Part shown: positions 29,083 to 39,321 of the stretch, piece by piece | How positions within the stretch are numbered: position 1 is the stretch's first letter | Layout of the letters: each line of letters begins with the position of its first letter | Origin: Chlamydiota bacterium | Lineage (GTDB): Bacteria; Chlamydiota; Chlamydiia; Chlamydiales; JAAZZY01 | Direction of reading: 5' to 3' | Length of the DNA stretch: 64,000 nucleotides | Assembly: GCA_022601345.1 (NCBI GenBank) | Contig: JAJACU010000038.1 | Coordinates: forward strand, 15,162 to 79,161 | The notes under the pieces: model-generated | Databases searched by the model: none | The model's input: the letters and a program-made list of their open reading frames with translations, nothing else | What the model was told of the DNA's origin: nothing | Translations under genes and position numbers: made by a program

Positions 29083-30354
29083 ATGAGAGAAGAAATTCAA
29101 GAGCCTAGCGAGAAGAAGTCTAATTTCTTGGCTATTCTTGGTTGGTGTATATTTGACTGGGGACAGTCGGCCTTTCCTACCGTAATCGTAACCTTTGTTT
29201 TTGGAACCTATTTTGTTCGCTCTGTGGCCGCCTCTAGTGTCCAAGGAACAGCTTTGTGGGGTTGGACAATTGGGCTTTCGAGTGTGATCGTTGCTTCATT
29301 ATCTCCTTTGCTTGGATCTATTGCAGACCATACAGGAAGAAGGAAGGTGTGGCTTATTACTTTTGTTGGATGCAATGTTTTTGCAACGTCTATGCTTTAC
29401 TTCACGCATCCTAGAGTTACTTCTATTTTATGGGCTCTCATTTTTTTATGCATTGCAAATACAGCTTATGAGTTTATGCAGGTTTTTTACAATGCAATGC
29501 TTCCTGCAATTGCACCTAAAAGTAAAATCGGACGTATATCGGGTTGGGGATGGGCTTTTGGGTATTTTGGAGGACTGGCTTGTCTCTCTATTGCTCTGTT
29601 TGCATTTATTCAAGGAGGATGGATCTCATCTGTTAATGAAGTGAATGTGCGCTCGAGTACTCTTCTTGTCGCAGGCTGGGTATTAGCTTTTTCTGTTCCT
29701 CTGCTGCTTTTTACAAATGATCTTATCAAAGACAAGCTTCATCCTATTTATGCGATTAAACTTGGGATGAATGAACTTAAAAAAACGATTAAAGAGCTTA
29801 AAAATTATCAAAATATTTTCACTTTTTTGATGGCACGTTTAATATACATTGATGGTTTAAATACTTTGTTTGTTTTTGCGGGTATCTATGCAGGCGCAGC
29901 TTTCAAAATGAATTATTTTGAAATATTAATGTTTGCCATGCTCATTAATGTTTTTGCTGGCATTGGCGCTGCATACTTTGCATGGGTTGATGACAAACTT
30001 GGTCCAAAGTTTATTATTTGCTTGTCGCTTGTTGCTATAATTTTTTCAGGAAGCGCATTACTTTTAATTCGTAGCAAGTCGCTGTTTTGGCTACTATCAG
30101 CGATTTTGGGCCTTTTTGTCGGGCCTGTTCAGTCTGCAAGTCGCAGTTATATGGCAAGGATTGTTCCAAAACACTTAACCAATCAGATGTTTGGGATTTA
30201 TCAATTTTCAGGGCGCGTTACCTCTTTTGTTGGTCCAGTACTTGTGGCGAGTATGACTCAAATATTTAATAGCCAAAGAGCTGGAATGTCAATAATATTT
30301 GTTCTAATGTTTGTTGGTTTGTTAGTTATGACAAAAGTGCCAAGTACAAAGTAA
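29083..30354 (+). CDS. MFS transporter, UMF1/Atg22-like family
   Basis: 423 aa with about 12 TM helices. N-terminal FDWGQSAFPTVIVTFVF is typical of UMF1-family MFS proteins. Confidence 0.8.
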   Translation: MREEIQEPSEKKSNFLAILGWCIFDWGQSAFPTVIVTFVFGTYFVRSVAASSVQGTALWGWTIGLSSVIVASLSPLLGSIADHTGRRKVWLITFVGCNVFATSMLYFTHPRVTSILWALIFLCIANTAYEFMQVFYNAMLPAIAPKSKIGRISGWGWAFGYFGGLACLSIALFAFIQGGWISSVNEVNVRSSTLLVAGWVLAFSVPLLLFTNDLIKDKLHPIYAIKLGMNELKKTIKELKNYQNIFTFLMARLIYIDGLNTLFVFAGIYAGAAFKMNYFEILMFAMLINVFAGIGAAYFAWVDDKLGPKFIICLSLVAIIFSGSALLLIRSKSLFWLLSAILGLFVGPVQSASRSYMARIVPKHLTNQMFGIYQFSGRVTSFVGPVLVASMTQIFNSQRAGMSIIFVLMFVGLLVMTKVPSTK

Positions 30355-31101
30355 GTATTTTTGAGCCAAATTTTTAGCTTGTTCACATGCTTGTTTAAAA
30401 AGAATACCGCATTCTGTAACCGGCATTGAAACATTGTAAGGCTTGATTAACAAATATTCTTCTGGAGAGGCAAACTGTTTATAATAAGTTCTTGAGTTTT
30501 TAGTAATATGTACAACATCTTTTTGTTTTAGCGCCCAGTCTGCTTGTTTCTTTTGATTCTGAGGATAGTCTAAACATTTTTCCATTTGTAACTTAAATAG
30601 TTGAAAACTCATTGCTGCAAGGCTAGAGCCTGCGAGAGACATCGTTATTGTTCGGGAATTTAGTTCTTTTAAGCTAAATATAGCATGTATGCCTGCAACC
30701 CCCATCACAGCACCAAAGCAGCCCACAATTCCCCAAGAAAGGACTATTAGACCCATATTAGTAAGTAATCTTGGGTTGAAAAAAGTTGTCAACTCCTTAT
30801 CAGCAATAGACTGTAGAACTTCTAGTACTTCTATATGCCTTTTGCACATTTCTTTAATTTCGGGGTCTTGTGCAATATTTGAATAAAAATTTATTTCTTT
30901 TGTAATGGTGTTATGAATAGCTTGATCACAATCATTTTTATTCTCATTTAGATACTTAAATTTGTTGTAATAGTGCGAAAGAGTAGCATTGCAAGGGGCA
31001 TCGCTATAAAAATCGTGAATGTCGTGTGCAATTTTAGCTTTAAAATTTTCATCGTATTCTTTACTAAAAGAAAACCAACTCAATGAGGAAAATACATTCA
31101 T
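30322..31101 (-). CDS. Inc-like membrane protein (bilobed hydrophobic domain), paralog of 41742..42494
   Basis: Central hydrophobic pair (MGLIVLSWGIVGCFGAVMGVAGIHAIF ... ITMSLAGSSLAAMSFQLF). Shares QDPEIKEMCKRHIEVLEVLQSIA with QDSEVGELFKRHIFVLNVFKNLA of the paralog. Confidence 0.6.
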   Translation of the reverse strand: MNVFSSLSWFSFSKEYDENFKAKIAHDIHDFYSDAPCNATLSHYYNKFKYLNENKNDCDQAIHNTITKEINFYSNIAQDPEIKEMCKRHIEVLEVLQSIADKELTTFFNPRLLTNMGLIVLSWGIVGCFGAVMGVAGIHAIFSLKELNSRTITMSLAGSSLAAMSFQLFKLQMEKCLDYPQNQKKQADWALKQKDVVHITKNSRTYYKQFASPEEYLLIKPYNVSMPVTECGILFKQACEQAKNLAQKYLLCTWHFCHN

Positions 31102-31190
31102 AATTGTTATTTAATTATTCGGTGTAAAGCTAAAGGCCTCATTTTAAATTAGAGCCGTTATTAACGATAACGGCTCTCTAAAAACAAAAG

Positions 31191-31922
31191 CTATCTTTTA
31201 AGAACCTCACCACCTAAAACTTTGCCCTCTATAACAGCAGAGTCCAAGAGAATAACTTGTCCATTTTGATCTTCAAAGTTGATGTTGCCTTTGATAACTG
31301 TGTGTCCAGACAATATGACGATCTTTTTTGGGGCCTCTGAGAGATGATAATCAATAGAAGAAGTCGTGATTTTATCAACAACAACAGAAGTTCCCGCTTT
31401 TTTCACATAAATATCTTGAATTGTTGAACTGTGCACTTTTGCCTCTAGGCCAGCTGAGATGAGGGTCCCATGAATTTGAGATTCTTTAACTTCAATGTTT
31501 GTTGCAGCTACATTGCCATGCACACAACTTTCAGTGAGGACAAGAGCCCCGCCTGTGTCTATTGACTGGATTGAAGGGCACTGTTTGACTTCAATTGATT
31601 TTCCTGAAGAAAGTTTTCCTAGCTTCAAGCAGTCTACTGCTACAATATTTTCTCCAGAGCTTACAGAGGTTGCCATAGAGCTATTCAAATAGACCGAGGT
31701 TCCAGCATTTAATGAGCCTTCAAGTACGCAATTATCAATGTGGGCATTCTTTCCAGCATTTGCATCACCTCGAATAGTGGTGCTAGCAGCATGAATAGAG
31801 CCTCCAGCATTAACAGATCCATTAATGGTTTCAGCATTCAGCCTTAGTGAGCCACTCTCATTAATTGGGGTTGCTGTCTGACTAACAAATAGCTCTGAGT
31901 TGTGATTAATTTGAAGATGCAT
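31191..31922 (-). CDS. Beta-helix repeat protein (bactofilin/DUF583-like?)
   Basis: Repetitive G/N/S-rich short beta-strand units (GSVNAGGSIHAAST.IRGDANAGKNAHIDNCVLEGSLNAGTSVYL...). The family assignment is tentative. Confidence 0.35.
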   Translation of the reverse strand: MHLQINHNSELFVSQTATPINESGSLRLNAETINGSVNAGGSIHAASTTIRGDANAGKNAHIDNCVLEGSLNAGTSVYLNSSMATSVSSGENIVAVDCLKLGKLSSGKSIEVKQCPSIQSIDTGGALVLTESCVHGNVAATNIEVKESQIHGTLISAGLEAKVHSSTIQDIYVKKAGTSVVVDKITTSSIDYHLSEAPKKIVILSGHTVIKGNINFEDQNGQVILLDSAVIEGKVLGGEVLKR

Positions 31923-32186
31923 ATTAGGCCTCTATTTTAAAGATTAAATAACAATAGTTTAACATATTGACAGGATTTTCAACAACTGACTTTAAGAGTC
32001 CTTAGCTGCTAAAAGTAAGTCTCTTAAGTGATTGAAAAATGAGAGACCAACTCAGCTATGATATAGGGCTCTCAACTAAACAATTTATTAATTTTTCTTA
32101 ATCTACTAAAATTAAAAACCTTGAGATTATTTTAAAAAAAGTGTAAAATAAGTGCACTTAGTAATATTTACCAAAGAGAGAACCCA

Positions 32187-32618
32187 ATGGTTACACCTTC
32201 TATTTATGGAACAGATTCTAGTGTAGAAATTAGCTCATATCCTGAAGCTTTTCAAGCATACAAAAAAAATATAGTTTTAGATTTTGAATATGCGGCTAAA
32301 AGTGGTGAAATCCAAACTTTAGAGGGAAAAGTAGCCTGTGCTGCGGGTGACGCAATTATGACAGGGACACAAGGTGAAAGATGGCCCATTAGCAAGGATA
32401 CCTTTACTGCCACATACAATGTAGTTGAAGAGGGTAAAGCCTCAAAAAAGAAAATAGTCTTGTACGTTTATCAAATGAAAGAAATTTTTAAGGTAAAGGT
32501 TTCTTGGTCTAACTCGCTTTTAGAAGGCAAGGCAGATGACTATTTAGTTCAATATGGTCCAAATGATTTTGGAGTTGTTGAAAAAGAAATTTTCAAAGAA
32601 ACCTATGAGGTGATTTGA
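32187..32618 (+). CDS. Hypothetical protein with two PGDYG-like motifs
   Basis: AAGDAIMTGTQGERWPISKDTFTATY and ADDYLVQYGPNDFGVVEKEIFKETY form an internally duplicated GD-x-hydrophobic...F...Y pattern. Confidence 0.35.
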   Translation: MVTPSIYGTDSSVEISSYPEAFQAYKKNIVLDFEYAAKSGEIQTLEGKVACAAGDAIMTGTQGERWPISKDTFTATYNVVEEGKASKKKIVLYVYQMKEIFKVKVSWSNSLLEGKADDYLVQYGPNDFGVVEKEIFKETYEVI

Positions 32619-32734
32619 GCTTTATAGCATAGGTTGTCAGTTAAGTTACTAGTTTACATTAATCTCAATTTCTAAGATAATTGTTCAAAATTTTTTTCTT
32701 ATTATCTTCATTTAAACAATAAATAGGAGTCTCT

Positions 32735-33517
32735 ATGAATTCAATACAAGTTGGCCCTCAAGTTTCTGATTTTGTTAATCACTTTTTACCTTGGAGTTTT
32801 GTAAGCCGCGATCCAAATTGCATGGTATATGGCCAAGCTAAAGAAGTTGCTACAGCTAGCGTCACACTTCCTCAGACAGGGTTAGATCATTCTATTCAAA
32901 CTTATATTACTCCACTTGTTCAAAAATGCTACCCAATGCAGACCTTTCACACAGCCAGAACTAGAGACAGCCTATTTATTCAAGATATAATGCTTCTAAG
33001 TGGAGTGAGTTCTATTTTTCAAAAAGCTGCGACTAAACTTAACCTTTCTATACCGGCAAATGAAACAGTTTATTCGAAGACTTTTTTAACTGTACATGGT
33101 TTTCCAACTGATGACACTGTTACAGGGTTTGATCCTTGCCAATTTAGAAATTCAACAACTCCTTTGAGTTGTTTTACAGATTTAGATACAAGGATTGATA
33201 GGGGTGGTTTTCATCCTCAAAATACGGTTAAAATTGGGCTGTTAAATTTTGGACAGTTTGATATCCAAAATCAGTTTGCAAAGGCAGATCCTCGTTATGA
33301 AGTTGTTAACAGTGTTTTTACAGATGCACAGGGCTTAAAGGGGATTGGCATGTCTATTGAATGCTATAAAAATGCTAAAACTGGTGCTGGCTGTCCTGAA
33401 ATAGACGTGCGGAAAATTCTAGATCAACTAATGGTTCAAAAGGGTGTAGGATTAAAAGATTTATTCAATGCCTATGAACAGAAATCGCCGCTTAATTTAA
33501 CTGCTACTGTAAAATAG
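32735..33517 (+). CDS. Hypothetical protein
   Basis: 260-aa ORF with AGGAG RBS (ataaataggagtctctATG). No recognised domain. Confidence 0.65.
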   Translation: MNSIQVGPQVSDFVNHFLPWSFVSRDPNCMVYGQAKEVATASVTLPQTGLDHSIQTYITPLVQKCYPMQTFHTARTRDSLFIQDIMLLSGVSSIFQKAATKLNLSIPANETVYSKTFLTVHGFPTDDTVTGFDPCQFRNSTTPLSCFTDLDTRIDRGGFHPQNTVKIGLLNFGQFDIQNQFAKADPRYEVVNSVFTDAQGLKGIGMSIECYKNAKTGAGCPEIDVRKILDQLMVQKGVGLKDLFNAYEQKSPLNLTATVK

Positions 33518-33744
33518 GCTTTGCTAACATGTAGCTTTCCCATGAGTCATGGGTGGGATAAGTCCTTTTACTACTAAAGTAAAGGGCCTCCCACTCGTTG
33601 ACTTAGAGCTTCATCTGTTTCATCTATAAGATGCAAAGCGTGGCATTGAGAACAGGGGGTAAGCACATGATCCTTTTGAACAAGCGCGACTAAAAAACAG
33701 CTATTAAGCAAATTTGCCTGTATAGGACGTGACTTAATTCTTAT

Positions 33745-35004
33745 TCAATTTTCATGCATATTGCGCTGTATAAAGCTCAAAAAATCTTTCCAGTGTTCTT
33801 TTTCTTCCGGATAGCGGCTCTCTTGCAATTTTGAATTCACTATAGAAATAGGAGAGTTCCCAAAAATATCTTTTTTAAGGACATCAGCTCTTTTTGTAAT
33901 CAAGTATTTGGATATTCTTGCATTTTTATCATAATAATGTTCTTTCTCAACAATGTGGTGTAAGGGAGCCTTACCACTATTAGATGCAATATTTGGATTT
34001 GCCCCTAGAGCAAACAAAATATCTAGAGATTCAGTTTCTAGTTCTGCTGATGCATTGATGCCAGAGTAGATGAAAAGGTTCAATGGTGTGTTGCCATTAC
34101 TATCTGGATCATTAATATCTAAACATGGAAAATCGTGAATAAGATTTTTTATAAAGACTGCCTGTGATTCGGAATCTTGATTACCGTAAGATAAAGATAA
34201 TGTTGCTGCTTTGTGAAGAATAGTTTGCCCGTCATGCGTCTTTAAATTTCTAAGTAACTTTTCTGTTTCTTTAGAATTAGCTATCTCATATTTTTTCTGA
34301 TAATGGGGTAAAAATAGTTGAAATATATCATATCGGCCTGTTGTGGCCAGCATGTGTAACCAGGTTTCTTTAGAATCAGTTACTTCTGTCATCCAATGAT
34401 CTGAATGCGATTTAGAGTATTCAGTAATTAAGTATTTGAAACATTTATTTGTTGAAGGGTCATGAACAATGAGAGATCCGAAAAAGTAATCGTCAAAATT
34501 ACTCGATAATTCTTTTTCTTGTGCTTCGTAATATTTAGATATTGAAGGAGATTCTGCAAAAAAGACATTGGGCTCATTTGCCAAATTCAAACAGTAGCTA
34601 AATGCATTCAAATGATCTAAACGGAATGCAAACATTTCACAGGCTTTAATTAAGCTATTTGTTGCATCTTCAACAATGTATTCTAGACCAAAAAGAGACA
34701 AAAACTTATTCGCAGTATCTTGCCATTCGATTTGACTCACAATTTCGTTAAAAGATCTTTCAATAATCGAGACATTGTCAGTTAGGATTGAAAATAAAGA
34801 TATTAAAACGGGAAGTTTTAAGTTTAAAGTTTGATTGTGTCTTATTAAATGATTACAATAATCCATTAATTCTGAATATGAAATCTTTTTCATTTCATCT
34901 TTTGCTGAAAGTAACATTTCTTCGGAAAAATTAAAATTACCCGGAACAGTGGAGTAGTTTCCATTCGAAAAAAATGTATTTTGCTTTAAATCCGTTATGC
35001 TCAT
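33745..35004 (-). CDS. Ankyrin-repeat protein
   Basis: C-terminal ankyrin repeats (DGQTILHKAA, NGNTPLNLFIYSG, SGKAPLHHIV, FGNSPISIV). Ser/Asn-rich N-terminus. Confidence 0.85.
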   Translation of the reverse strand: MSITDLKQNTFFSNGNYSTVPGNFNFSEEMLLSAKDEMKKISYSELMDYCNHLIRHNQTLNLKLPVLISLFSILTDNVSIIERSFNEIVSQIEWQDTANKFLSLFGLEYIVEDATNSLIKACEMFAFRLDHLNAFSYCLNLANEPNVFFAESPSISKYYEAQEKELSSNFDDYFFGSLIVHDPSTNKCFKYLITEYSKSHSDHWMTEVTDSKETWLHMLATTGRYDIFQLFLPHYQKKYEIANSKETEKLLRNLKTHDGQTILHKAATLSLSYGNQDSESQAVFIKNLIHDFPCLDINDPDSNGNTPLNLFIYSGINASAELETESLDILFALGANPNIASNSGKAPLHHIVEKEHYYDKNARISKYLITKRADVLKKDIFGNSPISIVNSKLQESRYPEEKEHWKDFLSFIQRNMHEN

Positions 35005-35239
35005 TAATGTTCTCTATGTCAAACCTTTATAGACTAATAGTTATTGTAATCCAGCTCTTAATTTTCTAACCATAAAAAACTCATTTTGGATACTTAAACT
35101 TTAAAATCACAAGTTAAAATTTAAACTATATGACCATTGTTCAATAAAAGGTGGACAAATGGGGCATGCTCGTTATGAAAAGCTTTATAAGTAAAAACTA
35201 ATTTAATATTCCTTAGAGTATGCATTCGTTCGATGGGCT

Positions 35240-36454
35240 TCAAGCCCCATATTTTACCTTGGATAGGTCCAATGTTTTCTGAAGGTGCTCTCCAATAGAA
35301 AGGCTGCTGGTAGCACCTGGTGATGGAGCATTTAAAACATTTAAAACTTTAGAGCTGTTATAAATAAGAAAGTCATCAATAATTTTACCCGTAGGCGATA
35401 CAGCCTGAGCTCTAACGCCAGATCCCCCAGGGGTTAAATCCATCTCCCTAATATCCGGCATTAACCTTTGTATATCTCTTAAAAAAGCTTTCTTGGAATA
35501 GGACCTGTAGAGTTCATAAAGACCTGTTTTCCAATTTTGTGAGCTCATAGCCCAAAAACCCCTGAACTTGAGTGATCGACCAAATTCTTTTACATTGAAA
35601 CTAGACTTTTTATAACCCTCTCGTGCAAGAGCTAAAACTGCATTAGGACCAAGCTCAACCTGACCGGTTATTCTTTTCGTCAGGTGAACACCTAAAAAGG
35701 GGAATTTAGGATTAGGCACAGGATAAATTAAACCCTTTAACATGTGAGATGCCTCTTTAGATAAAAAGTAGTATTCTCCACGAAACGGAATAATTTTTTC
35801 TTTGAAGCTGCACTTAGACATTCTTGCAATGGTATCTGAGTGTAGCCCAGCGCAATTAACAAGTTTTTTTGCCGATAACTCAAAAGCTTTATTCGATATA
35901 ATAATTTCAGATGAGCTTTCATTGATTTGTTCAACTTTAAATCCAAAATAGACATCTGCTCCCATTCCCTTAATTTGCTCTAAAAGCTTTTCAGAAACAC
36001 GTTTGTAATCCACTATTCCAGTGTTAGGGGAGTGTATTGCTTCAATTCCATTACTATAGGGCTCTATTTTCTTTAGCTCAGCTTTATCTACAAGCTTAAG
36101 GCCTTTCACCCCGTTGGAAACACCTCTTCGATATAGCTCATGCAACCTGCCTAGCTCTTCTTGCTCTGTTGCAACAATAAGCTTGCCGCAAAGGTCATAC
36201 GGAATTGCGTGCTCATCACAAAAGGCAAGAAGCATTTCAACTCCTTTTACACAGTTTTTTGCTTTGAGCGATCCTGGTTTATAATAAATTCCTGTGTGAA
36301 TAACTCCGCTGTTATGTCCGGTTTGATGCTTGGCCACTTCGCGCTCTTTTTCTACAAGGGCAATTTTAAGCTTTGGAAAAGTCTTAAGAAGTGTGTAGGC
36401 TGTAGCAAGACCTACGATACCTCCTCCGATTATAGAAATGTCGTAACAGTGCAT
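35240..36454 (-). CDS. lhgO: L-2-hydroxyglutarate oxidase/dehydrogenase (FAD-dependent)
   Basis: YDISIIGGGIVGLATAY...EKE..VAKHQTGHNSGVIHTGIYYKPGSLKA matches the characteristic LhgO N-terminus. Confidence 0.88.
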   Translation of the reverse strand: MHCYDISIIGGGIVGLATAYTLLKTFPKLKIALVEKEREVAKHQTGHNSGVIHTGIYYKPGSLKAKNCVKGVEMLLAFCDEHAIPYDLCGKLIVATEQEELGRLHELYRRGVSNGVKGLKLVDKAELKKIEPYSNGIEAIHSPNTGIVDYKRVSEKLLEQIKGMGADVYFGFKVEQINESSSEIIISNKAFELSAKKLVNCAGLHSDTIARMSKCSFKEKIIPFRGEYYFLSKEASHMLKGLIYPVPNPKFPFLGVHLTKRITGQVELGPNAVLALAREGYKKSSFNVKEFGRSLKFRGFWAMSSQNWKTGLYELYRSYSKKAFLRDIQRLMPDIREMDLTPGGSGVRAQAVSPTGKIIDDFLIYNSSKVLNVLNAPSPGATSSLSIGEHLQKTLDLSKVKYGA

Positions 36455-36531
36455 TGCTGACCTTTAAAATTACAGGGCTTATCAAAAGATTTTAGGTTGA
36501 AATTCAGTTAGGATTAACTTAGCCATCAAAT

Positions 36532-37068
36532 CTATTTAGTTCGCCTACAAAGAGAAGGCCAGCTTAAGCAAGCTTTTCTTCTTTGAGAGGTTTCTTCTCT
36601 AACTGTTAAATGTGGGGCACCATCTGTGAATTCTAATTTAAGCCTAATTGTATCTTCTTGAATAGAACCTTTTGTAAAAAAGTCAGAACGTCTATTTAAA
36701 GTTTGTTGTGATTTCGTAGCTTCACGAGTAGCGTAGCTGAATGTCAAGAAATCATAATTGCCTTTTCTCAATTTTCTTGTACTATTTCTTTGTAGAGTAA
36801 AAGCTGTCTTTTCCCCGCTTCTTAAGCTCATTGGTGCTTCACTAAGTTTAAGCTTGATTTCTCTGGGATGTCCGTCACTTCCTAAAATAAGAGATCTTTC
36901 GTTTTGGGTCACAAAACGACTTAAAGCAGGATCTATTTTGCCAAAATGAAGATAGTCATTTGCTTGTATAGTTAGTTCTGGATTATCAGCATATCCAGTC
37001 GGTTCATTGTCTATTTCAAGCCTCACCTGGAAGGTTCTATTACTAACTGTATTACTTATAGTTGCCAT
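36532..37068 (-). CDS. Orphan beta-rich hypothetical protein (178 aa)
   Basis: AGGAG-type RBS (aatttaggagattgtATG). Ser/Thr/Arg-rich, with no signal peptide and no recognised domain. Confidence 0.6.
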   Translation of the reverse strand: MATISNTVSNRTFQVRLEIDNEPTGYADNPELTIQANDYLHFGKIDPALSRFVTQNERSLILGSDGHPREIKLKLSEAPMSLRSGEKTAFTLQRNSTRKLRKGNYDFLTFSYATREATKSQQTLNRRSDFFTKGSIQEDTIRLKLEFTDGAPHLTVREETSQRRKACLSWPSLCRRTK

Positions 37069-37205
37069 ACAATCTCCTAAATTTTTGAGGTATTATGATA
37101 TAAACATATAATATGAGACAACTCAAACTTTTTAGCGTATAGATTTATGCAACGGATCAAAAATTAGCTGCACCCAAAGTGCGAGACGAGTAGATTTTGC
37201 TGAAA

Positions 37206-37544
37206 CTAGGTTGTGAGTTTAGTGAAAATAACAATAGTTCCAACTGTTTTTCCTTCTTTGCTTTTAAGAGGAGCTTTGTTTGTGCATATTTGAAGAGTCC
37301 CAAGCACTGTTGCGCTAATTGTTTCAATCATCCCAATGATCTCTTGCCCGCTATTTCGAACTTTTTCATCATCAAGCTTGTGTTTCTCAATGGTGTCTTG
37401 CGTTCCTATAATTTCACTTTTAGTTTTCCCTAAAAGGTCAGCAAAATTTTGATTGCAGCCCAAAAAAACGGAGTTTTCATCTTTCCAGCATATGTAAACG
37501 CTTGGAAGCCTTTCTAATATTTCATAGGATGAAAATGTAATCAT
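37206..37544 (-). CDS. Stand-alone PAS domain protein (112 aa)
   Basis: YICWKDENSVFLGCNQNFADLLGKTKSEIIG ... DDEKV..SGQ ... KAPLKSKEGKTVG is a PAS pattern like that in sensor-kinase input domains. No output domain is present. Confidence 0.7.
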   Translation of the reverse strand: MITFSSYEILERLPSVYICWKDENSVFLGCNQNFADLLGKTKSEIIGTQDTIEKHKLDDEKVRNSGQEIIGMIETISATVLGTLQICTNKAPLKSKEGKTVGTIVIFTKLTT

Positions 37545-37626
37545 AGCGCCCCTGGTTGACCTGCTTTATTTTTTAATATGATTTCTTTTGGATTAAAAGA
37601 AATAAAAAAATGCAGGCTTCAGAGCC

Positions 37627-38232
37627 TTAGTTAGTATCAGTTTCAAATGCGTAGAATTCATTTGTCTTGGCATTGAAATCTTCTATAAATTCTTTTGAAA
37701 CTTGTTGTAGAAGAGATTCAAGAACAGGGGGAACAGCTGATTTTGATAATGAAAATGGCGATGTGCCTTTGCTAACCCTTGCATTGTAGCGTTTTTTAAA
37801 AAACAGTTTATCGTTTTTTAAAACTTTTATTTGGATGCCAATTTTTCCTGACTTTGAAAAATTTAATGGGTCATGGACGGCTTCTAGTCTTAAAATTTCT
37901 CCTTGAACACTAAAAAGAGGTGCAGAGTCTTCTTTTGAAGAAACATTGTAACCTACATTAGAAAGCTCTTGCATTAATGCAGAGTTAACCCAATCAGAAG
38001 ATGATTCGTTTGTTGTAAGGATTGAATCAGGATAAGTAGAGCTAATCCTGCGTCCAATTTCATCATTATCGGCTCTCGAGTCTTCAATATCAACAGCAAT
38101 AGAAAGGGATTTTAAAAGATGCTCTTGAGGTGATTTCTCTATAACAGGTTTGTAAACTAAATACTTGGTTGGTGAGCAACCTGTGAGTATAAGCATTAAC
38201 AATAAACCTAAACTAATTGAAATTTTTTTCAC
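37627..38232 (-). CDS. Lipoprotein (YajG-like?)
   Basis: Lipobox MKKISISLGLLLMLILTGC. Size and layout are reminiscent of YajG, but this is unverified. Confidence 0.75.
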   Translation of the reverse strand: MKKISISLGLLLMLILTGCSPTKYLVYKPVIEKSPQEHLLKSLSIAVDIEDSRADNDEIGRRISSTYPDSILTTNESSSDWVNSALMQELSNVGYNVSSKEDSAPLFSVQGEILRLEAVHDPLNFSKSGKIGIQIKVLKNDKLFFKKRYNARVSKGTSPFSLSKSAVPPVLESLLQQVSKEFIEDFNAKTNEFYAFETDTN

Positions 38233-38560
38233 TTTGAAGACCCTAATTAAGTAATTTAGCCAAAGATTTTCAACGTTTTTATAATTTAAATCAAGATGTT
38301 TATGTTAGATTGTTAATTAACAATGTTAATTAATTTATTAATAATTCAGATCAATTTCAACTAATTACCTTTTTATTATTCCCAGGGCTAGCAAGAAGCA
38401 ATAAAGAGTTTTTTAAAAACTTAAAGCTAATTGGAGCTCACTTTTACTAAAACAACACTAAAAGGTTAGATAGAATTAATAAGCTTAGAATTGATTGTTC
38501 TCAACTATTAATAATCCTTTGTATGCAACTTTGCATACTAGTAATATGGACTGCAAATTC

Positions 38561-39058
38561 TTATACGAGATCGTGGCATCGAATTTTGCATGTATTTCCT
38601 GCAAACCTTTCTAATGTTGTAAATCGGGTGGTAATTGTGGGCCGTTCCGCATAACGCCCTGAGCGCAATTTAGCTTTTTGAAGTGTATTAATGTCTACCG
38701 TTACAGCAGGGTCTGTTACAATTTCAGGAAAAAATAGCTGTGAAAAAAATACCTCTGATTTTACTGCAGGAGTAAACCTTCGTACTTTTAAAGTAAGATC
38801 TGTTCTAGATGGCAGATCCCATTGAAGAACATTCGACCGAGCGATATTGTTAAAAATGCAGTTAACAGAAGCTGAAAGCTTTTTAGGAGCTGGCCCAACC
38901 CAGCTCACTGTAACTTGAGTTTGAGAAAATCTAGAATCTCTTTCTGCCTTAAAACTAAAAGTTGTTCGAATAAAAGTTGGATCTTGAGGAGGAGTCTTGT
39001 TTTCCTGATCTAATAACTGCTTTCGATAAGGTCTTCTTGTTATATTTGCGGTTGTCAT
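38561..39058 (-). CDS. Orphan beta-rich hypothetical protein (165 aa)
   Basis: ORF with no signal peptide. Weak resemblance to 36532..37068 (MTTANIT vs MATISNT; KLRSGRY vs KLRKGNY). Confidence 0.55.
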   Translation of the reverse strand: MTTANITRRPYRKQLLDQENKTPPQDPTFIRTTFSFKAERDSRFSQTQVTVSWVGPAPKKLSASVNCIFNNIARSNVLQWDLPSRTDLTLKVRRFTPAVKSEVFFSQLFFPEIVTDPAVTVDINTLQKAKLRSGRYAERPTITTRFTTLERFAGNTCKIRCHDLV

Positions 39059-39321
39059 AAATTGAGATCTCCAGGGGTTAATAGTCGAAATAATTTAATA
39101 TAGCCCCTAAATTTTAACAATCTAAAAATAAGATTTATTAGAGCAAAGAATTTTCTGCAAGTATGCTCATATCTACAACTCGTCGAAAAAGCCAGCAGTA
39201 GAAGATTGAGAAGCGTGCAGATCATTACTTTATTGTGCTTTTTTATCAAAAAAATAGACAGGCGCACTTAATAACTTTATAATATACCATTTAAATAATT
39301 CAAAATATTTAAGGTCGTAAA

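Noticed and set aside
35228-35262. Hairpin ATGGGGCT-tga-AGCCCAT overlapping the lhgO stop codon as a terminator
   Set aside because: The stem is short and bulged and no U-tract follows, so it is not convincing as an intrinsic terminator.
38521-38540. 8-bp inverted repeat GTATGCAA-ct-TTGCATAC just downstream of 38561..39058
   Set aside because: The stem is short, there is no following U-run, and a repeat of this size is expected by chance.
39055-39267. 70-aa ORF in the AT-rich spacer upstream of 38561..39058; similar spacer ORFs at 26909..27121, 17572..17772, 37197..37433, 29056..29244, 59489..59799 and 40076..40297
   Set aside because: They have low-complexity AT-driven codon content, no RBS and sit in promoter-like spacers or overlap real genes. 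They are most likely spurious.
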